DNA from: Octopus vulgaris
Lineage: Eukaryota
DNA: 64,000 nt
Direction of reading: 5' to 3'
NCBI GenBank assembly: GCA_951406725.2
Contig: OX597815.1
Location: 87,792,001 to 87,856,000, forward strand
This document shows, piece after piece, positions 38,612-50,933 of this stretch. Each line of letters starts with the position of its first letter. The stretch's first letter is position 1. The position numbers were made by a program, and so were the translations under genes. The notes beneath the pieces are model-generated. The model was not told where the DNA came from, did not search any database, and worked only from the letters and a program-made list of their open reading frames with translations.

Positions 38612-39755
38612 CTTTGAAAAGAAAAACCTACATACAGCCCGTAAAATATCCATCTCTAAGAGTATTGTTACAAAAATAAGAAATTTAATTTCCTGAATTA
38701 TGAATTTCATTTGAATGAAAGTTGAAAATAAAATTCATAACCAACGGTGGGAACAAGAATAAGTGTCCGTAACTAATATATTATAGCTAATTGTTACGTT
38801 CCGCTCCAATCTGCATATGTCTTAATGTGTTCATACGTAAAAGAAATGCCATAAAATTGATATAGAAACGTTGTTACGACAATCAGTCAATTTAACGAGC
38901 TCAAAATGGCCAGATCAAAATTATAAATTGCACAGTAATATGAATAATATATTCTACTCCATAAAAGAACCTTTATACCAAAGCATTTAGCTCCTTACAA
39001 CAATGAAATCTGTTGGCACCAGCAAGATGCTCTGGACTTTATTATCCTGAATATATGTAGGCCAACTGGTACGTGTATGCTAAGATACACACACATGCGC
39101 TCGAGCTCACACACATACACACACACACACACACACGCACACACACACACACACATATATAACAAAGATTGAAAATGTACACACTTCACATTGTCTAATA
39201 TATTTTTAAATATACTTTATATTGTGTTTCTCGACCGGTTTCGCTTTCGCTAAACATGACGTTGAAACTATTGTAATCTCGTATTTTCTTAAGAAGATTT
39301 TAGTCCATGTTGCGTGTGGAGAAGTTTATTCATGATCACATAGCCATCACTGTTTATATTTCTTCTCGTTAGCTTTTGATTTTTTGCGTATATCTATTCC
39401 CTACTCGAAAGATGAAGAATTACCTCCCCTGTTGCCATTAATAACGATCACCAATAACCTCTCCTTAGATTTTTCTCTTTCTTGAATCATTCATTCATAA
39501 ACTTCTCCACACATAACATGGATTAAAATCGTCTTAAGAAAATACGAAATTACAATGTCATGATTAACGAAAGTGAAACTGGTCGACAAATACAATATAA
39601 AATATATTGAAAAATATATTAAAATTACGAAAAGCGTGTGCATTTTCCTTTTTTATATTTTATAAATATTTTTTGCATTGGAACTCACCACGCGAGGATA
39701 ATCGAAATCCCTCCCTTTGTGTTACTATATATATATGTACATGTGTATGTGTGTG

Positions 39756-39803
<48 letters not shown>

Positions 39804-39814
39804 TATAATATATC

Positions 39815-39855
<41 letters not shown>

Positions 39856-39900
39856 GCACACAAATACATATATATGTATATGTATATATAACTAAACACA

Positions 39901-39938
<38 letters not shown>

Positions 39939-40739
39939 ATTATGTGAATATATGTACGCGTAGTATATATTTGTATAATCGCGAGCGTGAGCGCATGCGT
40001 AGGTATCTTAGCGTACGTGCACCAGCTGGCGTACATATTTTAAGGATAATAAAGTCCAGAGCATCTCGTTGGTGCCAACATATTTCATTGTTGTAAGGAG
40101 TTAAATGTTTTGGTATAATGGTTCTTTGATGGAGTACAGTATATTACTCCTATCATTGTGCACTTTATAATTTTGATCTGGCCATGTTGAGCTCGTTAAA
40201 TTGACTGATTATCATAACAACATTTCTATATCAATTTTATGGTATTTCTTTTACGTATGAACACATTAAGACATATGCAGATTGGAGCGGAACGTAACAA
40301 TTAGCTATAATATATTAGTTACGAACACTTATTCTTGTTCCCGCCGTTGGTTATGGAATTTTATTCTTCAACCTTCATTCAAATGAAAGACATAATTCAG
40401 GAACTTAAATATTTTATTTTAGTAACAATACTTTTAGAGATGGATATTTTACGGGCTAATAGCTGTATGTAGGTTTTTCTTTCGAAAAACATCTTGAGAA
40501 AAATTGAAAGACGAATTCATTCATTAACAAGTATCAAATACGACAGAAGACAACTTGTATGAAGAGGAGAACGTGTGTGCATTTTCCTTCTTTTACTTCA
40601 TATATATTGTTTGCATTACAACTCACCACGAGGGGATAATCGAAATTCCTCACTTTGTGTTACTATATATACATATATATATGTACATGTATATGTGTGT
40701 GTATGTATGTATCTACATGTGCCTCTGTGTGTATGTATG

Positions 40740-40773
<34 letters not shown>

Positions 40774-40791
40774 AAGAGAGAGATACATATA

Positions 40792-40840
<49 letters not shown>

Positions 40841-41755
40841 CACATATATGTATACACATATATAAATACACACGCGCGTATATATATGATTACATGAATA
40901 TATGTGCGCCTCGTATATATCTGTTTATATGCGAGTGTGAACGCATGTGTGGGTATCTTAACATACGTGTACCAGCTGGCGTACATATTTTCAGGATAAT
41001 AAAGTCCAGAGCATCTCGCTGGAACCAATAGATTTAATTGTTGTAAGGAGTTAAATGTTTTGGTATAAGGGTTCTTTGATGGAGTACAGTATATTACTCA
41101 TATTATTGTGCACTTTATAATTTTGATCCGGCCATTTTGAGCTCGTTAAATTGACTGATTGTCATAACAACGTTTCTATATCAATTTTATGGTATTTCTT
41201 TTACGTATGAACACATTAAGACATATGCAGATTGGAGCGGAACGTAACAATTAACTATAATCTATTAGTTACGGACACTTATTCTTGTTCCCGCCGTTGG
41301 TTATGGAATTTTATTTTCAACATTCATTCAAATAAAAGACAATTCAGGAACATTTTTTTTTTGAGTAGCAATATTTTAGTGATGTGTACTTTACGGATAA
41401 CAGCTGTATGTGGGTTTTTGTTTTGAAAGACATCTTGAGAAAGATTGAAAGACGAATTCATTCATTAACAAGTATCAAATACGACAGGAGATTACTTGTA
41501 TGAAGAGAAGAACGCGCACGCAGTATTATACTCATGGAAATAGTCTTGAGGAGTTTCGTATGTATTTGTGTATGTATGTATGTATGTATGTATGTATGTA
41601 TGTATGTATGTATGTATGTATGTATGTATGTGTGTATGTATGTATGTGCACTCACAACTTTCATACCTGCGTACACACATACATACATACATACTCACAC
41701 GCACGCGCACACAAACATACATACATGCACACACACACATACATAGATACATACA

Positions 41756-41787
<32 letters not shown>

Positions 41788-43417
41788 CACATTTATACGA
41801 GATCTTTTATTCTAAATGGCCTGGCAATGTACCTTTAAATGTGTGACCACCTTGAATGTGTGTGTGTGTGTGTGTGTGTATTTGTTGATCAATATGAGTG
41901 GTTTGAGGCTTGTGTTCGATCTTTGAGTATTTCATTGGTTATAAGTGTTGTGTCTGTGGTGCAGTGTTCGTATTTCTTGCAATAGTTTATGGTAAGGTGA
42001 TGTATCGTTGGCAGGCGTGTTTATTTATACCGTGTTTTTATTTTCATTTGTTTTCTAAAGTAAGTAACTGTAGCCTTAGCGAAACTCGCTAAAGATAAAG
42101 TTATTTACTTTAGAAAACAAATGAAAATAAAAACACGGTATAAATAATAAAAAAACCCTACCAACGATTCATCACCTTACCATAAACTATTGCAAGAAAT
42201 ACGAACACTGCACCCACAGATACAACATTTATAACTAGTGAAACCAGAGAATTGCTTAAAGGCCTAACACAAGATGGATAGCCGTTGGTCACGTGTGAGC
42301 AACGAGAGAGTCAAGATCAACAAATACACACACACACATTCAAGGTGGTTACACATTTAAAGGTACATTGCAGGCCATTTAGAATTTTAAAAATCTCAAA
42401 GCAAAAAGTCTGAAAGTCAAAATTTATAATCTATGACCAGGATGCAAACAAAATATTCTCTGTCAGACTCAGAGTTATGGATACAATATATAAATAAATA
42501 ATCAGCCGCACATACTCAGTGTATGTTTTTTTCGTTCGTTCGCCGATTCGCTGTTAGTTAGCGCAGGGAGAACATCTAACTCACAACGTTGGGTGTTAAA
42601 ACACCTGAAAGTCATAGACAGGAGGGACAACTCGCCTCCTATCGAGTCAGAGACTGGCAATTCGATTCGTCCCCGGTTCGATTCAGGTACTTGATGCTGA
42701 TAAGCCACAAAAATGGCGAATCTCGATCGGAGGTGATTTATATCGCCTGTCTATGATTCTAAGAGGTTTTAACACCAAGCACGTTCTTCTCTTCATACAA
42801 GTAGTCTCCTGCCGTATTTGACACTTGTTAATGAATGAATTCATCTTTCAATCTTTCTCAAGATGTTTTCTGAACGAAAAACCCACATACAGCTGTTCTC
42901 ACGTAAAGTACACATCACTAAAAGTATTGTTACTAAGAAAAAAAAAAAAAAAAAGAAAGAAAAAGAAAAAAGATTCAGTTCCTGAATTATGTCTTTCATT
43001 TGAATGAAGGTTGAAAAATAAAATTCCATAACCGGCAGCGGAAACAAGAATAAGTGTCCGTAACTAATAGATTATAGTTAATTGTTACGTTCCGCTCCAA
43101 TCTGCATATGTCTTAATGTGTTCATACGTAAAAGAAATACCATAAAATTGATATAGAAACGTTATTATGACAATCAGTCAATTTAATGAGCTCAACATGG
43201 CCAGATCAAAATTATAAATTGCACAATAATATGAGTAATATACTGTACTCTATCAAAGAACCATTATACCAAAACATTTAACTCCTTACAACAATGAAAT
43301 CTATTGGCACCGGCGAGATGCTCTGGACTTTATTATTCTGAAAATATGTACACCAGTTGGTGCACGTATGCTAAGATACACACACATGCGCTCGAGATCA
43401 CACACACACACACACAT

Positions 43418-43456
<39 letters not shown>

Positions 43457-43675
43457 ACAAAAGATTGAAAATGCACTCACTTCACATATTCTAATATATT
43501 TTTAAATATACTTTATATTGTGTTTCTCGACTGGTTTCGCTTTCGCTAATCATGACGTTGAAACTATTGTAATCTCGCATTTTCTTAAGAAGATTTTAGC
43601 CCATGATCCTGAAAATATGTACGCCAGCTGGTACATGTAGACTATGATACCCACACAAGCGCTCGCGCTCACACT

Positions 43676-43713
<38 letters not shown>

Positions 43714-43790
43714 TATATACTACGCGCACATATATTCACATAATCATATATATATATACGTACCTGTGTGTGTACTTATATACATGTATA
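38612..43790. repeat. Nested inverted/tandem repeat complex of a ~0.7-0.9 kb unit
   Basis: Unit forward 38612-39336, reverse 39487-40575, reverse again 40575-41516, forward 42780-43605, partial 43607-43790. Confidence 0.9.
41799..42397. repeat. ~600-bp fold-back hairpin with 3-nt loop
   Basis: Arms meet at ttagcga-aac-tcgctaa (42076-42092); the right arm recurs at 44360-44570. Confidence 0.9.
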
Positions 43791-44059
43791 CATATATATG
43801 TATGTGTATGTATATGTATGCACACACACACACATTGCTTTGTGCTGAGTGTGGATGTTGAACTCTCCTGTTCGAAAACATAAGGACACAGATATCGTGC
43901 CGTATAGCCAGCTGGAGACGATGTTTCCTGGGGCTAAACAACAATAGCATTCGTCCCAACCGGGGCTGCGACGTTATGTTGGCAAATAGCTTTTACTTTA
44001 AAGTACTGTTATTGAATGGCTCTCGTTGAGAGATTTAGAAATAATGATATATATATATA

Positions 44060-44245
44060 CTGTTGTGTCTGGGGAGAGTCATTTTCTTTTTGTGCCTTAT
44101 AATGTAACACACTCACCGGTAAAATTTCCACTTATTTCTTATTTTTATTTTCCTAAAATTTTCGTTGCGTCTTGCAACCTTTTCAATGGTGAGTGTGTTA
44201 CAGTATATAGCACAAAAAGAAAATGACTTTCCCCAGACACAACAG
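44060..44245. mobile_element. Fold-back MITE with hammerhead-like motif on the minus strand
   Basis: TIR ctgttgtgtctggggagagtcattttctttttgtgc..tgtaacacactcacc and its inverse; inner TTGAAAAG-GTTGC-aagac-GCAAC-GAAAATTTTA. Confidence 0.75.
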
Positions 44246-44691
44246 AATATGCTTCAAAACATGAGCTCATATAAAGAAACTTGTAAAACAAATCCAAAAA
44301 CGAAATATATATGTATATAATTTTTGGTTTCAATTGAAGCTGAGAGTTTCTTTTGCGACTCGAGTTTTACTAAAGTTAAAGTTACTTTAGTAAACAAATG
44401 AAAATAAAAACACATGGTATAAATAAAAACACCTACCATCAATTCATCAGCTTACCATGAACAATAACAAGAAATACGAACACTGCATATAGCCAATGAA
44501 ATACTCAAAGACCGAACACAAGCCCCAGATCACTCATATAGATCAACAAATAGCACCCACACCCACATGTAAATATATATTCTTAACCTTTTATTCATTT
44601 AGTTGTTTCAGTCATTTGACTGCAGCCTTGCTGGAGCACTACCTTGACACACACAACACACACATATATATGTATCTCTCTCTCTCTCTCT

Positions 44692-44744
<53 letters not shown>

Positions 44745-44801
44745 TATATTATATATACATATATATATTATATGTGTATATATATTATGTATATACTTAT
44801 G

Positions 44802-44888
<87 letters not shown>

Positions 44889-45014
44889 CACCATCACCAG
44901 CAAAACCGTATGGTATCAGTTACGCCTGAAGATGACAGGGGCGTGAAACATGAGTCACAAGACAAAGTCTTGGCTTCAATTTTAATAAAAATAAAAATCT
45001 CACATATTCTACAA

Positions 45015-45632
45015 GAGATTCTCAACCACCGGGCCTCGTACCCCGTACTGGTCCGTGGACCATTTGCTACCCCGTACCGGACCATTTGTACCCCATACTG
45101 GTCCGTGGACCATTTGCTACTGCAAAGAAATAAGCGGGACTTTCTGCTGTGACAATGACCAAAACAAAATTATGAAGTAGACTAGACATAAGGAATGAAG
45201 CAAGTTCTCACCATATCCTACTTGACATATCGTCCAGCACTCCAGACATCAGAGCGGTTATAAATAGAATTAAACTCAATTTAGCAATCGTGTTATTGTC
45301 TCCCTTCACCCCTATATAGGACCATCTTGTTGAAAGGGAACAAGCTCAGGTTCCCACTGATTCTACCTTATGGTGAGTTGATATTGATGTGATAATTGTG
45401 TAATAGGTATTGATTCAGGGAAACTAAGCACGCAAGTGTGTGGTCAGTCTGGAGCCCAGACATCAGAGTTAAATGATTATACACTTTTTCTTCCCTTTAA
45501 TAAATTGCTCTTTTTTTAATTATTGCTCTCTATTGAAATGTACTTAAATGATACATATGTGCCACTACCGGTCCGCGGAAAGACTGTCCGGAGTGAAACC
45601 GGTCTGTGGATAAAAAAGGTTGGAGACCACTG
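45015..45632 (+). mobile_element. Non-autonomous hAT Charlie element (MER1/Charlie3-like)
   Basis: Right TIR ggttggagaccactg; 8-bp TSD ttctacaa / ctctacaa; transposase C-terminal relic (TMTKTKL*SRLDI...DHLVEREQAQ). Confidence 0.85.
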
Positions 45633-45800
45633 CTCTACAACTTATATTGAGCATTTTTTCCTAATTCGTTGGATACTAAGCAACGCACTATTTCCACACA
45701 CACATATGTATATATAAAAATATATATATACATATATATACACACATATATATATACATATATATATATATGTATATGTGTGTGTGTGTATGTGTATATA

Positions 45801-46353
45801 TTGGGTTGTGCCGATTTATTGTAGTTTACCTTTCGACTTATTTTAGAACATGGTTGAGTCCACAAAATAGGATTTGACTATACCTCCATTTAGAGCACAG
45901 TTTAAGCTATCTTTTCGTGGAAGAAGGTTTATGTTCCTATAACCTGTGTTAATTCCGTAACCCTTTAAAATGGAAGATAAGAAAGTTCATTTTCGTCACT
46001 TTATGCCTTGGGAAACAGACAAAAATTATTGCAGCTCGGCTGAGATATGCTTCCCTACCCTCTATATTCACCAGATATTGGTCCTATGGATTTTCACTTA
46101 TTCAGGTCTCTGCAGAATAGTCTTAATGGTAAAAATTTCAATTCCTTGGATGACATAAAAAGATACCTTCAGGAATTATTTGCCATGAAACCACCTCAAT
46201 TCTGGGAAGAAGGTATTTTCAAGTTAAAGGAAAGATGGAGACGCATTGTGCAACAAAATGGTTCATATTTGGTTGATTAAAAATGTAATGCCAAGTATTT
46301 ATTGACTTTTTTCTTTCCTTTAAAAATCGGCACGACTTTTCCGGATAACCCAA
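45801..46353 (+). mobile_element. Internally deleted mariner element
   Basis: TA flanks; TIR ttgggtt..gtgccgattt / aaatcggcac..aacccaa; N-terminus MEDKKVHFRH joined to C-terminus YSPDIGPMDFHLFRSLQN...WRRIVQQNGSY (46047-46280). Confidence 0.92.
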
Positions 46354-47059
46354 TATATATGTATATATATATATAAATATATATGCGTGTGTGTGTAAAT
46401 ATATATATATATACACACACATGCATGCATACATACCTACACACACACACATATACATATTCATACGCAATTTATATAATTATTTATACGCACACACGCT
46501 CTCACACACACGAACACATTACTTTCGTTCTCTACATAATACATATACATACGCATTCATGGTTTTGTGTTTCATATTTCGTGCTTGATGTGTGTACGTG
46601 AGATTATGGAGAACAGGAATTTAGACAACTTGTATAGAGATAATTTTCTATTTATTCTTTGAGTTAATGAAATAAATTTTTAATAAACATTATTTTATCT
46701 GTTTCATAATCTTCTGGAAGTCAACCGAAAAAGTTATTGTGACTTTCATAGATTAAATCGTTTTGCAGTTCTTATAATTTTTTTCTAAGTTCTTTAACTC
46801 ATGAGATTTCAATTATTTTAACAGGCCTTCACTAACCATAGGTTGCCTGTTAATTCTGATGTTGCTGAGACCGAAGTCTTTTAGCTTGTTCAGAGGTATT
46901 TTACTCGTTCGGATATCAACCTAAATTCTAGTCTTGTTTTCAGTTTTCAAAGTTGACTGAAATCATTTGTAATTCGGTTACTCCGCCCTTTAATGGTAGT
47001 TAGACGTCGAACACAATTGGCGTGTTAAAAATGAAAAAGAAACGAAATATTACATATTG

Positions 47060-47682
47060 TTTTACATTTTGGCACAAGGCCAGCAATTTCGGAGGAGGGT
47101 GTAAGTTGATTACATTGACCCTAGTGATCAACTGGTACTTATTTATCGACATTGAAAGGATGAAAGGTAAAGTCTACTCCAGTAGAATTTGAACTCAGAA
47201 TGTAAAGACGGGCGAAATGCCGCTAAGCATTTTGCCCAGCGTGCTAGCGATTGTGCCAGCCCACCGCCTTAATGAAAGACATATTGCTTTCAAATTTTGG
47301 CACAAGGCCAGCAAATTTGGATGAGGATGGGGGAAGTCGATTACATTGACCCCAGTGATCATCAATTGGTACTTACTTTGTGGACCCCGAAAGGATAAAA
47401 GGCAAAGCTGACCTCGGCGGAATTTGAACTCAGAACATAAAGATGGAGGAAATACCTATTTCTTTACTACCCACAAGGGGCTAAACACAGAGAGGACAAA
47501 CAAGAACAGACAAACGGATTAAGTCGATTACATCGACCCCAGTGCGTAACTGGTGCTTAATTCATCGACCACGAAAGGCTGAAAGCAAAGTCGACTTGGC
47601 GGAATTTGAACTCAGAACGTAACGGCAGACGAAATACCGCTCAGCATTTTGTCCGGCGTGCTAACGATTCTGCCAGCTCGTA
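47060..47682 (-). mobile_element. Family A SINE monomer plus dimer
   Basis: Monomer 47060-47271; dimer 47287-47682 with the standard junction at 47456/47457. Confidence 0.88.
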
Positions 47683-48436
47683 CTTTAACGAAATATTACA
47701 TACTGGTTTACGTTACTCAGTACTATGTCCAATCATCTATACGTTTTCATATGATGATTTTTTATTGTTTTTAGCATTCTAGCCAAATGGGCGATTGTTA
47801 GATTCGCTACCCTTTCCTAACCTCGTCCAATCTCTCTGTATATACATATCTTTTAATTGTTTCAGTTATTGAACTGCGGCCACGCTGGGGCACTGCCTTA
47901 AAGAGTTTACTCTAACAAATCAATCCCGCATTTATTTTGTACATCTAGTACTTATTCTGTCAATTCTCTTTTGACGAACCGCTAGTTCAAGAAGACAAAA
48001 ACAATCCGTATTGAAAAATTCAGTTCATGGCAAAAAAAAAAGAGAAACATTTAGGAAAGATGCACACATTTTCTTTAACAACTATGGTCTTTCAGTCACT
48101 ATCATTACTAAACTATTTCAATCTTTTTGGATTTAATATTGCTTTCAAATTTTGGCACAAGGCCAGCTGTTTCGAGGAAGGAGGAAAGTCGATTACATCG
48201 ATCACAGTGCTCAGCTGGTACTTAATTTATCAACCCCAAAAGGATGAAAGGCAAAGACAACATCAGCGGAATTTGAACTCAGAAAGTAAAGACCAACCAC
48301 CATAGAATGATCAACAATTTAGCAATAAAGTTTCTCCCTCAAATTATCTGGCCTTTCCGATAAAAGAATTATTAAGGCGTCGAAACTATAATGATTTTTT
48401 TTATCGATAACTGATGAGGGAAGGATGAGCATGTTC

Positions 48437-48499
<63 letters not shown>

Positions 48500-48641
48500 A
48501 TGTTTCCTGTTTTTCGTAAGTTACTTCATTGTCTTTCTGTGAAACATTTTACTGCTACATATGTAGGGAATAGAGTAGATAAAATCCAGGTTACATGTGT
48601 TTCAAACCTAGCAGAACCTTGGAAGTAGTAATTATCCAAAC

Positions 48642-48683
<42 letters not shown>

Positions 48684-48687
<4 letters not shown>

Positions 48688-49050
48688 ATGGAGGTGAAAA
48701 TAGCACAGAAGTAAGTCTAAGATATTTCGATTTAAAAGGGAATTTAATAAAAAATTATATAAAGAAAATATTACCGGATTCAATGTATCTCATCTTATCA
48801 AACATCAGTAAAAAATTTTGAAATATAAAATAAAAACAGTTTATGTTCTGTCTGGGGGTCAGACATGTTCTTGACCCTCAGAAAGAAGATAAACTGTTTT
48901 TACTTCAAATTTTAAAAAATTTTAACTGATGTTTGGTAAAATGAGATACATCAAAACCGGTAATATTTTCTTTATATAAGTTTTTATTAAATTCCTTCTT
49001 AAGTTGAAATGTTTTAGACTTATTTCTGTACTATTTTCACCCCCATCTTT
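48684..49050. mobile_element. Palindromic fold-back MITE inserted in (TA)n
   Basis: ~175-bp inverted arms meeting at gggtca-gacatgttct-tgaccc; TA repeats on both sides. Confidence 0.85.
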
Positions 49051-49109
49051 TATATATAAAATATTGATTTATGTAGATCTCTAATCTTTTATGAACCATA
49101 TATATATAA

Positions 49110-49312
49110 ATGTGACCTCGTGTGTACCGTTGGCGATTTTTTTCCTCTGTCTTCCCTTCTCGGGATCTTTCCTTCTCCTATGTTTCCGACGAAGAGCTCC
49201 GCTCGAAACGTTAAACCCTCCGTCTTCCCTTCTTTCCTGAGCGTCCAATAATACTATATTTGTTCCACGTCCTCGCGTTGTTGTGTTTTTTGTGTTTTCT
49301 TGTTTGGATTAA
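49110..49312 (+). mobile_element. Penelope-like terminal repeat with hammerhead-like motif
   Basis: gttt-CCGACGA-AGAGC-tcc-GCTC-GAAAC-GTT-aaac at 49182-49216; followed by (TA)n. Confidence 0.65.
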
Positions 49313-49368
<56 letters not shown>

Positions 49369-49477
49369 TATGTATGTATGTATGTATGTATGTATATATA
49401 TATATATATGTGTGTATATATATAAGTATGTATGTATGTATGTATGTATGTATGTATGTATGTATGTATGTATGTAT

Positions 49478-49547
<70 letters not shown>

Positions 49548-49548
<1 letters not shown>

Positions 49549-50392
49549 AGAATGCAAAAAATGGGACAAGAACGCAACAGGCGATAACAAAACATTCAGA
49601 CAGTTGGATGATATAAAAAGGGACATGAAAAAACAACGACGGGTCATTCGGAGTTTTTTTTTCGTCAGTCGAGTTCCAGATTATCTTTGCAGTTTCTGCT
49701 GGTTATACTCGAGACTGCTCCAATCTGGCCAGCCCTAAGGAAAATCTAAGCTAAGAGTCCCTTCACACTTCGTTCTTTCCACTCTTCTTTCTTTCGCTCC
49801 CCCTCTCTCACATTTCCTGGTTTTCCATTCATTCTCACTTTCCCTCCTCTTTCACTTTATTCTGTCCCTTTTCTTTTTCCTGGTCCCTCCCTAATTCTTC
49901 TATCCCTCTGCCTCTACCGCTCTCCTCTCCTTCCACGTGACCGGTGTTCGGCCAAGCCTGACTTTTCTTTCTTGGTTCGACTACCATCCGTGCAACATCT
50001 ATATTCCTTCCCATGCCTGTTACCTCTTATGTCCCTGCCGTAAGGCTTCACTTCCACGCACGCCACCTTAATTTAATTCTTCCTTAGTTGAAAGAAACCT
50101 GTTGTTAATGTCCTGTTGTTTACATTTGTATTTATGTACCATTTCTCCGTTTTTCCCCATACATTCGCTGCTTTCTTCTTAGGAATCTAGTGCTCTTAGC
50201 TTAGATTTTCCTTGGGGCTGGCCAGATTGGAGCAGTCTCGTGTATAACTAGCTGAAACTGCAAAGATAATCTGAAACTCGACTGACAAAAGAAAACACCG
50301 AATTTGTTTTTTCATGTCCCTTTTTGTATCATCCAACTGTCTGGATGTTTTGTTGTCGCCTGTTGCGTTGTTGTCCCAGTTTTTGTATTCTT
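49548..50392. mobile_element. Fold-back element with ~200-bp TIRs in (TA)n
   Basis: 49548-49757 is the inverse of 50193-50392; pyrimidine-rich core. Confidence 0.85.
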
Positions 50393-50393
50393 T

Positions 50394-50432
<39 letters not shown>

Positions 50433-50900
50433 TACACAGAGTATTCAAATGCTTTCAAAATTAAATATTTAAAAGTACTGATTTTAACGTAAGACAAAAT
50501 GGTGTCTCAAGATCATAAAATATATGTCAGTATCTTTGCATATGTAAGTTAGTAAGATAATTTATATATGTGACAACATAAATAAGAGTATATTTGAACG
50601 TAGTGAGCTGACATGTATTTGGTTATTTAACCGCCGGGAGCATATGTGGGTGTCCAAGGTTTGAGTGTAAAGAATTTGTAAAAGTAACCCACGTAATTTG
50701 TAACATATAACTTATATTAATTATCGTTTATATCTTTTGTTTATTTTCATACATTTTCGTGTACATACATGTAGTTTTGTGTGTCTAGTTGCGTGTGTAA
50801 AGATATTTTCATGTGGGTGGATGTAAACGTATGCTGTATTTATTTATAAAAGTCTCTCTTGTAATTATTTATATAATTAATACCCATGTGTATATATATA

Positions 50901-50933
<33 letters not shown>

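Noticed and set aside
44496-45152. 218-aa ORF
   Set aside because: Chance read-through across a repeat arm, a SINE tail, microsatellites and a hAT end
46047-46280. Mariner ORF as a functional or SETMAR-like gene
   Set aside because: Only the C-terminal 77 aa remain; most of the DNA-binding and catalytic regions are deleted and the TIRs show it is a transposon derivative
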